Assembly: GCA_016933575.1 (NCBI GenBank)
Contig: JAFGAR010000151.1
Span: 1 to 64,000, forward strand
Direction: 5' to 3'
DNA length: 64,000 nucleotides
Source: Candidatus Thorarchaeota archaeon
GTDB lineage: Archaea; Asgardarchaeota; Thorarchaeia; Thorarchaeales; Thorarchaeaceae
The translations under genes and the position numbers were made by a program. Shown here piece after piece: positions 8,810 through 18,683 of the stretch. The notes beneath the pieces were generated by a model. It did no database searches. It was given only the letters and a program-made list of their open reading frames with translations, and was not told where the DNA came from. How positions within the stretch are numbered: position 1 is the first letter of the stretch; the number at the start of each line of letters is the position of its first letter.

Positions 8810-10558
8810 GTGTGTATTATCATGGAATCTCTTTCGGATGATCATAATCGCATCAACTCACTAAAAGAGATTGCAACAGCTGCTTGGTCTCAAGCTGTGA
8901 AAGACTTCTTTCACCCACCGCTACCAGAACCAGAGGTAGGTCATGATAATGGAGTTTCAAGCTTTTTCTACATCGACTCTACCACATGGACAGTCCACCT
9001 GAATACAGCCGGTGTCCCTCTTCATATGATTGCAGAGGAAGCTGAATCTTATCTCACATCAGTCTGTCATCATGAGATTCAGCACTATCTTCTCTGTCCT
9101 TATGATGGTGTGATGAATGGAAGAATGTTTGCTGCAGCTAGAAAACATGTCAACGATGTGACTGCCATGTTTGTGTGCAATCTCTATGCTGATTTTGTTG
9201 TTGATTCAAATCTCTTGAAGCGATTTCCATATTTGACTCACGAGCGAATTAACTCGTCAATTCATGACTCCTGTCTCAGAACCACGAGTCCTAGTGAGCT
9301 CTGGAAATTAATTGTAGCCTGTTATAGATTGATGTGGGGATTCCCAATTCCACCTCAAATTATAGTAGATGATGCACTTGTAGATTTAGCAAAGCAAATT
9401 GTGGTTGTTGTTCGGAAATCAATAGACAATGAGCACCGTTGGCCAAGAGCCTGCCAGAAGATTGCAGAGATTCTTTCAGAGTGGCTTCCTAAGGAATCTA
9501 GTAGCCTTCCTGGTGTGTCCACTGTTCAAATAAAAGATGTCAACCAAGAAGATAGTGACGGTGGAAAGCATACAGTCCAAGTTCCCCTTGATGTCGATGC
9601 AATAATGGGTAGTCCAATAGAATCTAGAAATGGTGACTTAGCTAGAAAATGCTTGGACCATTCTGAGAATCAAACTCCTGAAGAGGAGATGGAACGGTTA
9701 GCCATAGATGTTGAACAACATGGTGGCGATATTCAAGATCTTCAAGGTGTCTATCTAACTACTGGTATTGGACCCAAGAGTGCTGAATGGACTCGCTTCT
9801 GGTATCGAGCCAAAGCATATGGAACTATACGATTTGAAGTAGAGTCGACAAAACTGACTGGTTCTGTGCCACTCACGCCTGAAGTCTGGAGATTGAGTGA
9901 TCCATTAGAAGAACTTGATATAGTCCAATCTCTTCAGACTTTCCCTGTATTGATTCCAAATCGGTCAACACGGAAGTGGCAACGTTTCGAAACAACTGGT
10001 ACCGAAACTTCGAAGCCACCACCTGATATGTTACTTGTGATCGATTCATCAGGTTCAATGACATGGGCGATGCGTTCGACAACCATTGCAGGAGAGTATC
10101 ATACAGCACTTGTTTCAGCTTTTGCTGCCATGGATTTCGCGTTCCGGAGGGGGTGCAAGGTCTCAGCAATCAATTTCTCAGATGGAGCAAGGACTTGTGA
10201 TTGGTCCAATGAGAGATCTTCGATAGAAGAGGTATTACTGTCCTATCAAGGAGGTGGTACCGTGACTCCTGTGAGAATGATTGTTGACAGCTGTGAAAAG
10301 GCTGAAGCTAATGTCATGGTGTTACTCATTACAGATGCTGAAGTGTCAAACTGGAAACAAATGGTAGATTCCGTTGGGATGTTGACAAAACGGAGACACA
10401 AATTATTCTTGTTCCATATTGGAGCTGGCAAAAGCACTCGTACTGTACGAATTCATCAAGCTCTAATCAAAGCTGGTGCTACAGTCATTCCCATCAAATC
10501 AGTTAACGACTTACCTGGTCTAGTTGTGAGAGAAGTGCGTTCGGTCTATGCACGGTGA
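8810..10558 (+). CDS. VWA-domain protein with N-terminal HExxH metallopeptidase-like domain (MoxR partner)
   Basis: HHEIQH and NLYADFVVD in the N-terminal half; MIDAS IDSSGSM, GGGT and ITDAE in the C-terminal half. Abuts the MoxR gene. Confidence 0.85.
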   Translation: MCIIMESLSDDHNRINSLKEIATAAWSQAVKDFFHPPLPEPEVGHDNGVSSFFYIDSTTWTVHLNTAGVPLHMIAEEAESYLTSVCHHEIQHYLLCPYDGVMNGRMFAAARKHVNDVTAMFVCNLYADFVVDSNLLKRFPYLTHERINSSIHDSCLRTTSPSELWKLIVACYRLMWGFPIPPQIIVDDALVDLAKQIVVVVRKSIDNEHRWPRACQKIAEILSEWLPKESSSLPGVSTVQIKDVNQEDSDGGKHTVQVPLDVDAIMGSPIESRNGDLARKCLDHSENQTPEEEMERLAIDVEQHGGDIQDLQGVYLTTGIGPKSAEWTRFWYRAKAYGTIRFEVESTKLTGSVPLTPEVWRLSDPLEELDIVQSLQTFPVLIPNRSTRKWQRFETTGTETSKPPPDMLLVIDSSGSMTWAMRSTTIAGEYHTALVSAFAAMDFAFRRGCKVSAINFSDGARTCDWSNERSSIEEVLLSYQGGGTVTPVRMIVDSCEKAEANVMVLLITDAEVSNWKQMVDSVGMLTKRRHKLFLFHIGAGKSTRTVRIHQALIKAGATVIPIKSVNDLPGLVVREVRSVYAR

Positions 10559-10655
10559 TTCGCCTTTTCGTGGAACCCAAACTTTTATCTCACGCGTGAT
10601 AGCGCTGACGATTTGTCACCCGCTTTATTAGAGGGTTCACTAGAGGCAGTGATCA

Positions 10656-11501
10656 ATGTACGAGATCGTGTTCAAGCAGATTCTCAATCCAATCACAAAG
10701 ATGCTGGTCATTCATGCGCCAGATGTTGCTAAAGTTTGTAAACCTGGTCAATTTGTGATGATTCGCGTCAACGAGACTGGAGAACGTATACCCCTTACGA
10801 TTGCTGATTTTGATCGTGAGAAAGGCGATGTCAGAATTGTATTTCAAGAGGTCGGAAAAACTACAAAGCTCCTCGGAAGTCTGGAGAGTGGTGAGTTCGT
10901 CGCAGATTTCGTTGGGCCCTTGGGCAAACCATCACCAACTGACAAGAAATACGGAACTGTTGTAGCTATTGGAGGTGGTTGCGGTAGTGCTATTGTCTAT
11001 CCAGTTGCTCGTGCCTTCAAGGAGGCTGGAAACTACCTCATCACGATCAATGGTGCACGAAGTATGGACTTGCTTCTCTATAGTGACCAAATGCGCGAAA
11101 TAAGCGATGAGTCCTATGTGACTACTGATGATGGGTCCTGTGGAGTACATGGATTTGTTACCACAGTTCTTAGTGAGTTGATAGCAAACAAACGTCAGAT
11201 TGACCTAGTCTTTGCTGTTGGCCCTGTTCCCATGATGAAGTTCGTCAGTAAGACAACCGAGGCTTCGAAGATACCAACTCTAGTGAGCTTAAACAGCATT
11301 ATGGTAGATGGTACCGGAATGTGCGGAGCCTGTCGAGTCAACGTCGGAGGACAGATGAAATTTGCCTGTGTTGACGGTCCCGAGTTTGACGGTCATCAGG
11401 TGGACTTCAATGAACTGATGGGTCGATTGAATGCGTATAGGAATTTCGAACTAGAATCTGAGAAACTTTGGGACAGTGAACATGGAGGCGAATCTCAATG
11501 A
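10656..11501 (+). CDS. nfnA: NADH-dependent reduced ferredoxin:NADP oxidoreductase small subunit (NfnA/SudB)
   Basis: PGQFVMIR, ERIPLTIAD, GPVPMM, [2Fe-2S] motif DGTGMCGACRV...CVDGPEF. Confidence 0.93.
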   Translation: MYEIVFKQILNPITKMLVIHAPDVAKVCKPGQFVMIRVNETGERIPLTIADFDREKGDVRIVFQEVGKTTKLLGSLESGEFVADFVGPLGKPSPTDKKYGTVVAIGGGCGSAIVYPVARAFKEAGNYLITINGARSMDLLLYSDQMREISDESYVTTDDGSCGVHGFVTTVLSELIANKRQIDLVFAVGPVPMMKFVSKTTEASKIPTLVSLNSIMVDGTGMCGACRVNVGGQMKFACVDGPEFDGHQVDFNELMGRLNAYRNFELESEKLWDSEHGGESQ

Positions 11502-12922
11502 GTGAGAGAGAATCAACACCTCCCAAGAGAGAGCGAAAGCCTCCCACACACAAGATACCCATGCCAGAGCAAGCTCCCACAAAGCGAAACAAGAATTTTG
11601 ATGAGGTTGCACTAGGGTACACTGCCGAACAAGCACTTGCAGAAGCTGAAAAGTGCATGCAGTGTCGAAATCCAAAGTGTGTGAGTGGTTGCCCTGTTGA
11701 AGTTCCAATCAGGGATTTCATCAATCTCATTAGAGAACACAAGTTCATGGAAGCTGCTATGAAGATTAAGGAAACAAACAGTCTTCCAGCAGTGTGCGGT
11801 AGAGTCTGTCCACAGGAAACACAATGTGAAGCATCCTGTATCTATGGAATTCGTAATGAACCAATTGCTATTGGACGCCTGGAACGATTTGTAGCAGACT
11901 ACGCACGAGCACATGGCGAATCTCTCCCTGAACTAGCTCCCAAAAATGGTAAGAAAATTGCTGTCATTGGATCTGGTCCCGCAGGTCTCACCTGTGCTGG
12001 CGACTTGATAAAACTCGGATATGATGTGACAATCTTCGAAGCATTTCATAAGCCTGGAGGAGTACTAATCTATGGTATTCCTGAATTTCGTTTGCCAAAG
12101 GAAATTGTAACTGCAGAAGTTGATTTTCTCAAACGTCTTGGTGTTGAAATTAAATATGATCATGTCATCGGAAAAATACGAACAATCCCTGAACTTATGA
12201 AAGAAGACGGATATGATGCTGTCTTCATTGGCAGTGGTGCAGGTGCCCCCAACTTCATGCGAATAGCTGGTATGAATCTCATTACCGTATTTTCTGCAAA
12301 TGAATTTCTCACTAGAGTCAATCTCATGAAGGCATACAAGTTTCCTGAATATGACACTCCAGTACGAATTGGCAAGAGGGTCGCAGTCATTGGTGGAGGT
12401 AACGTAGCCATGGACGCTGCACGTACCTCACTCAGACTTGGTGCAGATGAAGTTACCATTGTCTATCGTAGGTCTCATGAAGAGCTACCCGCTCGAGCTG
12501 AAGAAGTGCACCATGCTGAAGAAGAGGGAGTACATTTCCAATTCCTCGTTAATCCAACTGAAGTCATTGGCGATGAGGCAGGTAATGTCATCGGGATGCA
12601 GTGCATCCGCATGGAACTTGGAGAGCCTGATGACTCAGGTCGAAGACGACCTGTTCCTATAAAGAACTCAGAATTTGTCATTGATGTTGATACGGTCATT
12701 GTCGCCATTGGCAACTCTCCCAATCCAATTATTCCTCATTCAACTCCTGGACTTGAAGTCACAGCATGGGGAACTATTGTTGTTGATGAAGCGACTGGGA
12801 TGACCTCTTTGCCTGGTGTGTTTGCTGGTGGCGATATTGTGACTGGTGCTGCAACTGTCATCAGTGCAATGGGCGCTGGAAAGACTGCTGCCAGAGGTAT
12901 TCATGATTTTCTGAACAAGTAG
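11498..12922 (+). CDS. nfnB: NfnB/SudA (GltD-like) large subunit
   Basis: CMQCRNPKCVSGCP and CGRVCPQETQCE Fe-S motifs, GSGPAG and GGGNVAMD dinucleotide motifs; 4-bp overlap with nfnA. Confidence 0.93.
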   Translation: MSERESTPPKRERKPPTHKIPMPEQAPTKRNKNFDEVALGYTAEQALAEAEKCMQCRNPKCVSGCPVEVPIRDFINLIREHKFMEAAMKIKETNSLPAVCGRVCPQETQCEASCIYGIRNEPIAIGRLERFVADYARAHGESLPELAPKNGKKIAVIGSGPAGLTCAGDLIKLGYDVTIFEAFHKPGGVLIYGIPEFRLPKEIVTAEVDFLKRLGVEIKYDHVIGKIRTIPELMKEDGYDAVFIGSGAGAPNFMRIAGMNLITVFSANEFLTRVNLMKAYKFPEYDTPVRIGKRVAVIGGGNVAMDAARTSLRLGADEVTIVYRRSHEELPARAEEVHHAEEEGVHFQFLVNPTEVIGDEAGNVIGMQCIRMELGEPDDSGRRRPVPIKNSEFVIDVDTVIVAIGNSPNPIIPHSTPGLEVTAWGTIVVDEATGMTSLPGVFAGGDIVTGAATVISAMGAGKTAARGIHDFLNK

Positions 12923-12929
12923 AAGTTGT

Positions 12930-12963
12930 GGGAACCGTTATGGTTCCCTATCATCCTTTTTTT
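12930..12963 (+). terminator. Hairpin plus T-tract after nfnB
   Basis: GGGAACC-gttat-GGTTCCC followed by a T7 run, between convergent genes. Confidence 0.6.
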
Positions 12964-12982
12964 CCTAAGACACAAATTTCTA

Positions 12983-13666
12983 CTAGAGTGATATTACGCA
13001 AAAAACAGCAGAGTTATCGATCTCAGCTATCTCCGCATTAACCCCTAATTCTGATGTAAAGTTTCCAAACTCCTCCGGCCCAATTGTGGTTGCTTTAAAG
13101 CCATCCTTGCAAACTATTGTACCACTATCTGTCTTTAACCAATCAATTTCTCCTATGAGTCCCTTTTCAGATTGTATAAGGAACCAGTCTAACCTATCTT
13201 CCCAAAATTTCTCAGCATAGCTCGAGAAAAGACATTGTCCCCCTTTTCGGGTTATTCTGATACTCTCTTGTAGTAATTGCATTTGATCTACCTTGAAGGC
13301 TGAGATCCCATTTTGGACGCATACTACCTTGTCGAATGAATGATCTCTGAAAGGTAACGATATTGCATTTACCTGTAGATAATTGCACTTTGGGGATCTT
13401 CCAATGAACTCAATTGCGGACATGATACTCTCTCGAGATGTATCTATTCCTATAATCTCAGAAACACAAGAGACTAGGGGCTTGAGTACGCGACCGTATC
13501 CGCAACCAAGTTCAATCAAGCAATCTGATTTCTTGAGATGCTCTGTGACATAGTCTATTTCTGCTTGAAGATATTGCTGTACTCGAGATGGAGCTATGTC
13601 GTAACACATCTTCAATCTATTTGATGACAGCTTTTCTGAATAATAGTGCTTCATCTTTTTAGGCAT
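12983..13666 (-). CDS. Class I SAM-dependent methyltransferase
   Basis: IELGCGYGR motif I, GIDTS, LPFRDHSFDKV. Confidence 0.88.
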   Translation of the reverse strand: MPKKMKHYYSEKLSSNRLKMCYDIAPSRVQQYLQAEIDYVTEHLKKSDCLIELGCGYGRVLKPLVSCVSEIIGIDTSRESIMSAIEFIGRSPKCNYLQVNAISLPFRDHSFDKVVCVQNGISAFKVDQMQLLQESIRITRKGGQCLFSSYAEKFWEDRLDWFLIQSEKGLIGEIDWLKTDSGTIVCKDGFKATTIGPEEFGNFTSELGVNAEIAEIDNSAVFCVISL

Positions 13667-13760
13667 ACGAATATTATTTCATCTCATCAGAAATGAGTTT
13701 TCCTATCAAAGAAATGCATTGATATAGAACGCACTATACTGAGAGTTAGCAAAACAGAGA

Positions 13761-15290
13761 GTGAGATTGCTTATGATGAAAGATTCCATAACCACCGATG
13801 AGATGCGTTCACTCGAACTCAATTCAAAATATCTTGGTGTATCTCATAGTCTTCTCATGCAGATTGCAGGTAGAGAGGTCGCTAGAGTCATCACAGAGAA
13901 TGAAAAGGTAGACAACAAATCAATCGTTATTCTCTCTGGTCTTGGTGGAAATGGTGGGGATGGCATTGTTGCGGCCAGATATCTTGATGAAGTCGGAGCT
14001 AAGGTCCAAGTCTTCCTTCTCGGTCATGAAAAGGCAATCTCAAATGAAGATACATTGATGAATTGGATGATTCTCAAAAACCTGAAACGCATCTCTATAT
14101 CCTCACTCCAAACCGAATCGGATGTTAAGTCCTGCAAAGCCATAGGTTCGGCTGAAATCCTAGTAGATGGTCTAATGGGTTTTGGGCTTCGTTCAAAATT
14201 GAGAGAACCATTACTAACAGCAGTAAAGGTCATAAACAAGTCAAAAGCTATCAAATATTCGATTGATGTTCCTACCGGAATCAATTCTGATTCTGGCGTG
14301 GTTCATGGTGATGCCGTAAGAGCTGACCACACAATATCTCTTCATGCAACAAAGGTTGGATTGATACATGCGCCTGAATATTCTGGTAGGAATCATGTCG
14401 TTACAATAGGTATCCCTCGAGAAGCAGCGTATGTCTGTGGTCCCGGAGATCTGTCCTCTTTCGGTAGACCGCGCAAATCAACTTCTAAGAAAGGAGACTC
14501 AGGTCGAATTCTTGTCATTGGAGGCAGCAATGTCTACTCAGGAGCTCCTGCACTTTCAGGTATAGCTGCTCTTCGAACAGGATCTGATCTTGTTAGTATC
14601 CTTGCTCCAGAACCAGTAGTACCTGCAATACGTGAGTATAGCCCAAATCTAATGGTCACAAGTCTTGGGTCTCAATTTCTGCAGCCTGAAGTTGTCGATA
14701 TTGCACTTGAAATGATTAATAGGAATGACGTAGTCGTAATGGGTCCTGGTCTCGGAGTACACCCAGGGACTTTGGTTGCTGCTGTGACAATCGTCAAGGC
14801 ACTCATTGAATTGGATAAGCCACTTGTACTCGATGCTGATGGACTCAAGGCAATAGCAGCCTCTGGTCTAAAATTGAATCCAGAGAAAGTTGTTTTTACA
14901 CCTCACTGGGGTGAGCTCAAGACAATAATGAATGCCGATCTTGGAGACAGTACTAATCTGGAAAATAGGATAGATCAGGCAAAAGATGCTGCAAAACAGT
15001 ACAATTCAATAATTCTACTCAAAGGCCCGGTGGATGTGATCGCTACCCCCTCTGGCGACTACAAATTGAATAGGACTGGATCCCCTGCCATGACAGTTGG
15101 TGGAACAGGCGATGTACTGACTGGCATTGTTGCGTCTTTCCTCTCTAGAGGTGGTTCTGCCTTCAAGGCTGCTGCAGCTGGTGCTTTTGTTTCTGGACTG
15201 GCAGGAGAACTTGCAGTAAAGAATCTCGGAGAACATATTCTTGCGACTGACTGTATTGAACAGATTCCAGAGGTCTTCAAGACATTATAG
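13761..15290 (+). CDS. nnr: Bifunctional NAD(P)HX epimerase/dehydratase (NnrE-NnrD, YjeF)
   Basis: GLGGNGGDG and SIDVPTG in the N domain; KGDSGRILVIGG, GPGLG, LDADGL, TPHWGE and GGTGDVLTG in the C domain. Confidence 0.93.
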   Translation: MRLLMMKDSITTDEMRSLELNSKYLGVSHSLLMQIAGREVARVITENEKVDNKSIVILSGLGGNGGDGIVAARYLDEVGAKVQVFLLGHEKAISNEDTLMNWMILKNLKRISISSLQTESDVKSCKAIGSAEILVDGLMGFGLRSKLREPLLTAVKVINKSKAIKYSIDVPTGINSDSGVVHGDAVRADHTISLHATKVGLIHAPEYSGRNHVVTIGIPREAAYVCGPGDLSSFGRPRKSTSKKGDSGRILVIGGSNVYSGAPALSGIAALRTGSDLVSILAPEPVVPAIREYSPNLMVTSLGSQFLQPEVVDIALEMINRNDVVVMGPGLGVHPGTLVAAVTIVKALIELDKPLVLDADGLKAIAASGLKLNPEKVVFTPHWGELKTIMNADLGDSTNLENRIDQAKDAAKQYNSIILLKGPVDVIATPSGDYKLNRTGSPAMTVGGTGDVLTGIVASFLSRGGSAFKAAAAGAFVSGLAGELAVKNLGEHILATDCIEQIPEVFKTL

Positions 15291-15307
15291 GATAACTTAT
15301 CCTATAA

Positions 15308-16294
15308 CTACTTGATGATTGGCATCTGTTTTAATAAGTCCCTAGCCAGTTTCTTATTCTGTTTAGTGATTGGAACCCATACGATTCCCACGTCAGGTTG
15401 GCCATAGAGCATAACCGAATCCTCTGGAGCTAAGAGAACCACAGGAAAACCAAGGAGGTCTTCTTCTCCATCAACTAAGACCAATGTTGGCTTGCCTTCA
15501 TGTATTGCAGTATCAATGGTTGACCATGCTTCTGGATAGATTGCAGCTGCAGGATTGTAGATTTGATATTCATTCTCAGCAGTGAATTCTCTATCGAACA
15601 GGCCTCTCTTGGTAATACCATCAACTATCATAACCCTGGGTGTGTAGCCCTGTTCAAGAACTGTTGCTGTAACCACATCACCCACTGTAATGACGACCTC
15701 TGGTGATTCGGTTTCGATTCTCTGAACAACCCGTTCTTCTGGTTTTCCATCTTTGATATTGTATACATCACCCTTGGGAGTCTTTAGACCAGCTCGCCCT
15801 TCAAACTGTAATCGCCGGGGTTTTTCATGGGTTCTCCTAAGTCGCCGCCCTTGTCTATCAATCTCGCCTCTACGTATTCTTGCAGAAGCTATCTTATCTC
15901 CATCGTGAGCACGCACTGGTTTTAGATATTCTATATTATCACTCACACCAAGAGAATTTCTTCTCTTCTCAATAGCTCCCGATTCTATCTCCGTACAACA
16001 GGGCCCTTCATACATCATGAATGTTACAGGCTCTTTTATGGTTAGTAGGTCTTCAACTATTGCTACATGTCTGACATCAATAATATCACTCAATCTACTT
16101 CGGACCAAGTATTCAGTCAGTCTCTTTACTCGTATCTCTGGAGGTTGGATCAATTTCTCCAGCTCGAGCCCTCTTCCCACTAACTCTCCATCCGTCACCC
16201 CAACAATTGGGTCTGGCATCTCAGCAAGTCGATCTATCATCACCTCATGTCCGAGATGCAATCTATCGAAGAGGTTCAGAGCCCAGGTCACCAT
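15308..16294 (-). CDS. Fused phosphopantetheine adenylyltransferase and archaeal GTP-dependent dephospho-CoA kinase (DUF359)
   Basis: N-terminal FDRLHLGH (HxGH) and KIASARIRRGEID; C-terminal VGDVVT, VDGITKR, NPAAAI, VDGEEDLL, YGQPDVG. Start moved to ATG 16294 to avoid overlap with the divergent gene. Confidence 0.85.
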   Translation of the reverse strand: MVTWALNLFDRLHLGHEVMIDRLAEMPDPIVGVTDGELVGRGLELEKLIQPPEIRVKRLTEYLVRSRLSDIIDVRHVAIVEDLLTIKEPVTFMMYEGPCCTEIESGAIEKRRNSLGVSDNIEYLKPVRAHDGDKIASARIRRGEIDRQGRRLRRTHEKPRRLQFEGRAGLKTPKGDVYNIKDGKPEERVVQRIETESPEVVITVGDVVTATVLEQGYTPRVMIVDGITKRGLFDREFTAENEYQIYNPAAAIYPEAWSTIDTAIHEGKPTLVLVDGEEDLLGFPVVLLAPEDSVMLYGQPDVGIVWVPITKQNKKLARDLLKQMPIIK

Positions 16295-16369
16295 GCGTTT
16301 CACGACATCTAACCTGATGGTTGAAACACTTAATATCCTTGTTTTCCTCTCTATTTGCAACCTCAAGGG

Positions 16370-17077
16370 ATGTATCGCAACGTGAAGATCCAAGCTGTAG
16401 CAGATGTCCATAGTCCGCGTTTCCTTAGTGAGTTTACACAATCATTGGACAAGCTCAATCCCCCTGACCTCTTCTTGCTTGCTGGTGATATGGTCAATCG
16501 TGGAAAAGTTGAGGAATATGTGACTATAGCAGATATGATTACTGCACATCTTGGTTCAGAAATTCCAGTTATTGCCTGCTTTGGAAACGAAGAATACAAT
16601 GAGGTCCGAAAAGAGATTGTATCACTTGTTGGGGAGAGAATTCTATTTCTCGATGAAAAATCAACTATCATAGAATGTAGAGACCTACAGATTGGGATTG
16701 TCGGTACTCAAGGATCACTTGACAAGGCGACCAGTTGGCAACGTCGTAATGTTCCGAGCATCAAAGGTATCTTCGAGAGACGTGCTAAACGAGCTGCCTC
16801 GCTTCTAAAGAAATTTGAGAAGAAGGTCGATAGAAGTATCCTGCTCATGCATTACAGCCCTTGTCTGGAAACCTGTACGGGTGAAGATTTGCGAGCCTTT
16901 TCTTGGCTAGGAAGTCGCAAGTTCTATCAGATACTTATTGACTATAATCCTGATCTTGTGATTCATGGACACGTGCACAATTCTACTAAGCACAGTGTAA
17001 TGATAGGAACGACGTTAGTCCATAACGTCGCTCTACCAGCAGTTAGTTCTATAACTGAACTTGACCTCTGGGAATGA
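16370..17077 (+). CDS. Calcineurin-like metallophosphoesterase
   Basis: ADVH, AGD, GNEE, MHY and HGHVH metal-binding motifs. Confidence 0.85.
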   Translation: MYRNVKIQAVADVHSPRFLSEFTQSLDKLNPPDLFLLAGDMVNRGKVEEYVTIADMITAHLGSEIPVIACFGNEEYNEVRKEIVSLVGERILFLDEKSTIIECRDLQIGIVGTQGSLDKATSWQRRNVPSIKGIFERRAKRAASLLKKFEKKVDRSILLMHYSPCLETCTGEDLRAFSWLGSRKFYQILIDYNPDLVIHGHVHNSTKHSVMIGTTLVHNVALPAVSSITELDLWE

Positions 17078-17081
17078 GTCA

Positions 17082-17504
17082 TTAATCATGTCCTGTGACT
17101 TTCATCGTGGGTTCAAATTTGTACCCGTAGACTATAATTCCACCTTGTCCGAATTCCTTGATCTTTCGGAAACATGCGCGGACTCTCATTCCTATCTTCA
17201 CATCTTCGGCGTCCACGTTGACAATCTGTGCTGTTAGTCGTGTCCCCTCGTCGAGTTCAACCTGTGCAACAACATATGGCATCTGCCGTTTGAAATCTTC
17301 AGGAGCCTGTCGAACTATAGCAAATGAGTAAATTGTCCCTAATCCCTTGAAGTGAAAGTTCACAAGTTTGCCTTTTCTTCTACACTCAGGGCATACTGGT
17401 CTCGGCGGGAAATAGTGAGTTCCGCATGTTTCACATTTGTTTCCCTGAATGTTGTACATAGATCTTATTCGTCGCCAGACTTGTGCTACTCCTTGTTCTG
17501 CCAT
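17082..17504 (-). CDS. DUF35 Zn-ribbon/OB-fold scaffold of the thiolase-HMGS complex
   Basis: CETCG...CPEC Zn ribbon, OB-fold, IVYGYKF end; adjacent to the thiolase gene. Confidence 0.9.
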   Translation of the reverse strand: MAEQGVAQVWRRIRSMYNIQGNKCETCGTHYFPPRPVCPECRRKGKLVNFHFKGLGTIYSFAIVRQAPEDFKRQMPYVVAQVELDEGTRLTAQIVNVDAEDVKIGMRVRACFRKIKEFGQGGIIVYGYKFEPTMKVTGHD

Positions 17505-17510
17505 TTTAGA

Positions 17511-18671
17511 TCATCTCCCCAGAACGTGAACAATCGCAGTGGCACCTGTGCCACCAATATTCACTGCAAGCGCTTTCTCAGCACCATCAACTTGTCGTTT
17601 TTCAGCATCGCCACGGAGCTGCAAAGCAAGTTCTACAACCTGTGCAACTCCTGTTGCACCTACAGGGTGGCCTCTTGCCTTGAGACCGCCTGAGGTATTA
17701 ACAGGGAATTTTCCACCAATCTCTGTGATACCTTCCTCCAGTGCCTTGCCGCCTTTTCCTTTCTCAGCAATACCTACGTCTTCAGTGAGCATAATCTCTC
17801 CAATTGAGAAACTGTCGTGAAGCTCAAGAACATCAATATCGTTGAGAGTCAAACCTGCTTCTTTCAAGGAATATTTGGTCGCAGACACTACCGAGCTCAT
17901 TGTTGTGATTGATTTTCTATCATGAAGGGCAAGAGTGTCGCTACGTTGGTCTGATGCTTCGATAAATACAGGTGTATCAGTATACTTCCTGGCAAGTTCT
18001 TCTCGACAGACTACTAAACCTGCTGCACCATCCGTCACTGGAGATGAGTGAAGTACTCTTAGAGGATCTGCAAGAAATCCTGATCTCATGACAACATCAA
18101 GCGGAACAGGACTCTGGAACTGCGCCCATGGATTATGTGCTGCATTCTTATGATTCTTCACAGTTGGCAACGCAAGATGTTCTTCTGTTGTACCATACTC
18201 GTACATATGCCGTCTCGCCATGAATGCATACAATGCTGGGAATGTAGCTCCGAACATGCCTTCCCATTCCCAATCACTTGCCACTGAAATTGTGTTCATA
18301 GCTTCGGTCTGGTTGACATCGCTCATCTTTTCACTGCCCAGAACGAGCATGACATCGTGCTCTCCTGATTTGATAGCCATGTAAGCTTGCCTGATAGCGG
18401 CACCACCACTTGCACAAGCAGCTTCAACACTATATGCTGGAATATCACCAAGTCCACCCATGTCCACTGCTAGGGCACCTAGATGTTCTTGACCAGTGAA
18501 TCTTCCTGCGCTCATATTCCCCACTACCATCCCATCAATATCAGAGCCTGGAACTCCTGCATCAAATATGGCGTACATTCCTGCCTCGAGGGTGATGTCT
18601 CTTAGATTCTTGTCCCAAAGTTCTCCGAACTTGCTCATGCCTACTCCTACTATTGCAACTCTATTTACCAT
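17511..18671 (-). CDS. Acetyl-CoA acetyltransferase (archaeal thiolase)
   Basis: VEAACASG (catalytic Cys), ELHDSF, NTSGGLKARGHPVGATG. Confidence 0.93.
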   Translation of the reverse strand: MVNRVAIVGVGMSKFGELWDKNLRDITLEAGMYAIFDAGVPGSDIDGMVVGNMSAGRFTGQEHLGALAVDMGGLGDIPAYSVEAACASGGAAIRQAYMAIKSGEHDVMLVLGSEKMSDVNQTEAMNTISVASDWEWEGMFGATFPALYAFMARRHMYEYGTTEEHLALPTVKNHKNAAHNPWAQFQSPVPLDVVMRSGFLADPLRVLHSSPVTDGAAGLVVCREELARKYTDTPVFIEASDQRSDTLALHDRKSITTMSSVVSATKYSLKEAGLTLNDIDVLELHDSFSIGEIMLTEDVGIAEKGKGGKALEEGITEIGGKFPVNTSGGLKARGHPVGATGVAQVVELALQLRGDAEKRQVDGAEKALAVNIGGTGATAIVHVLGR

Positions 18672-18683
18672 TGTAAAACCTCC

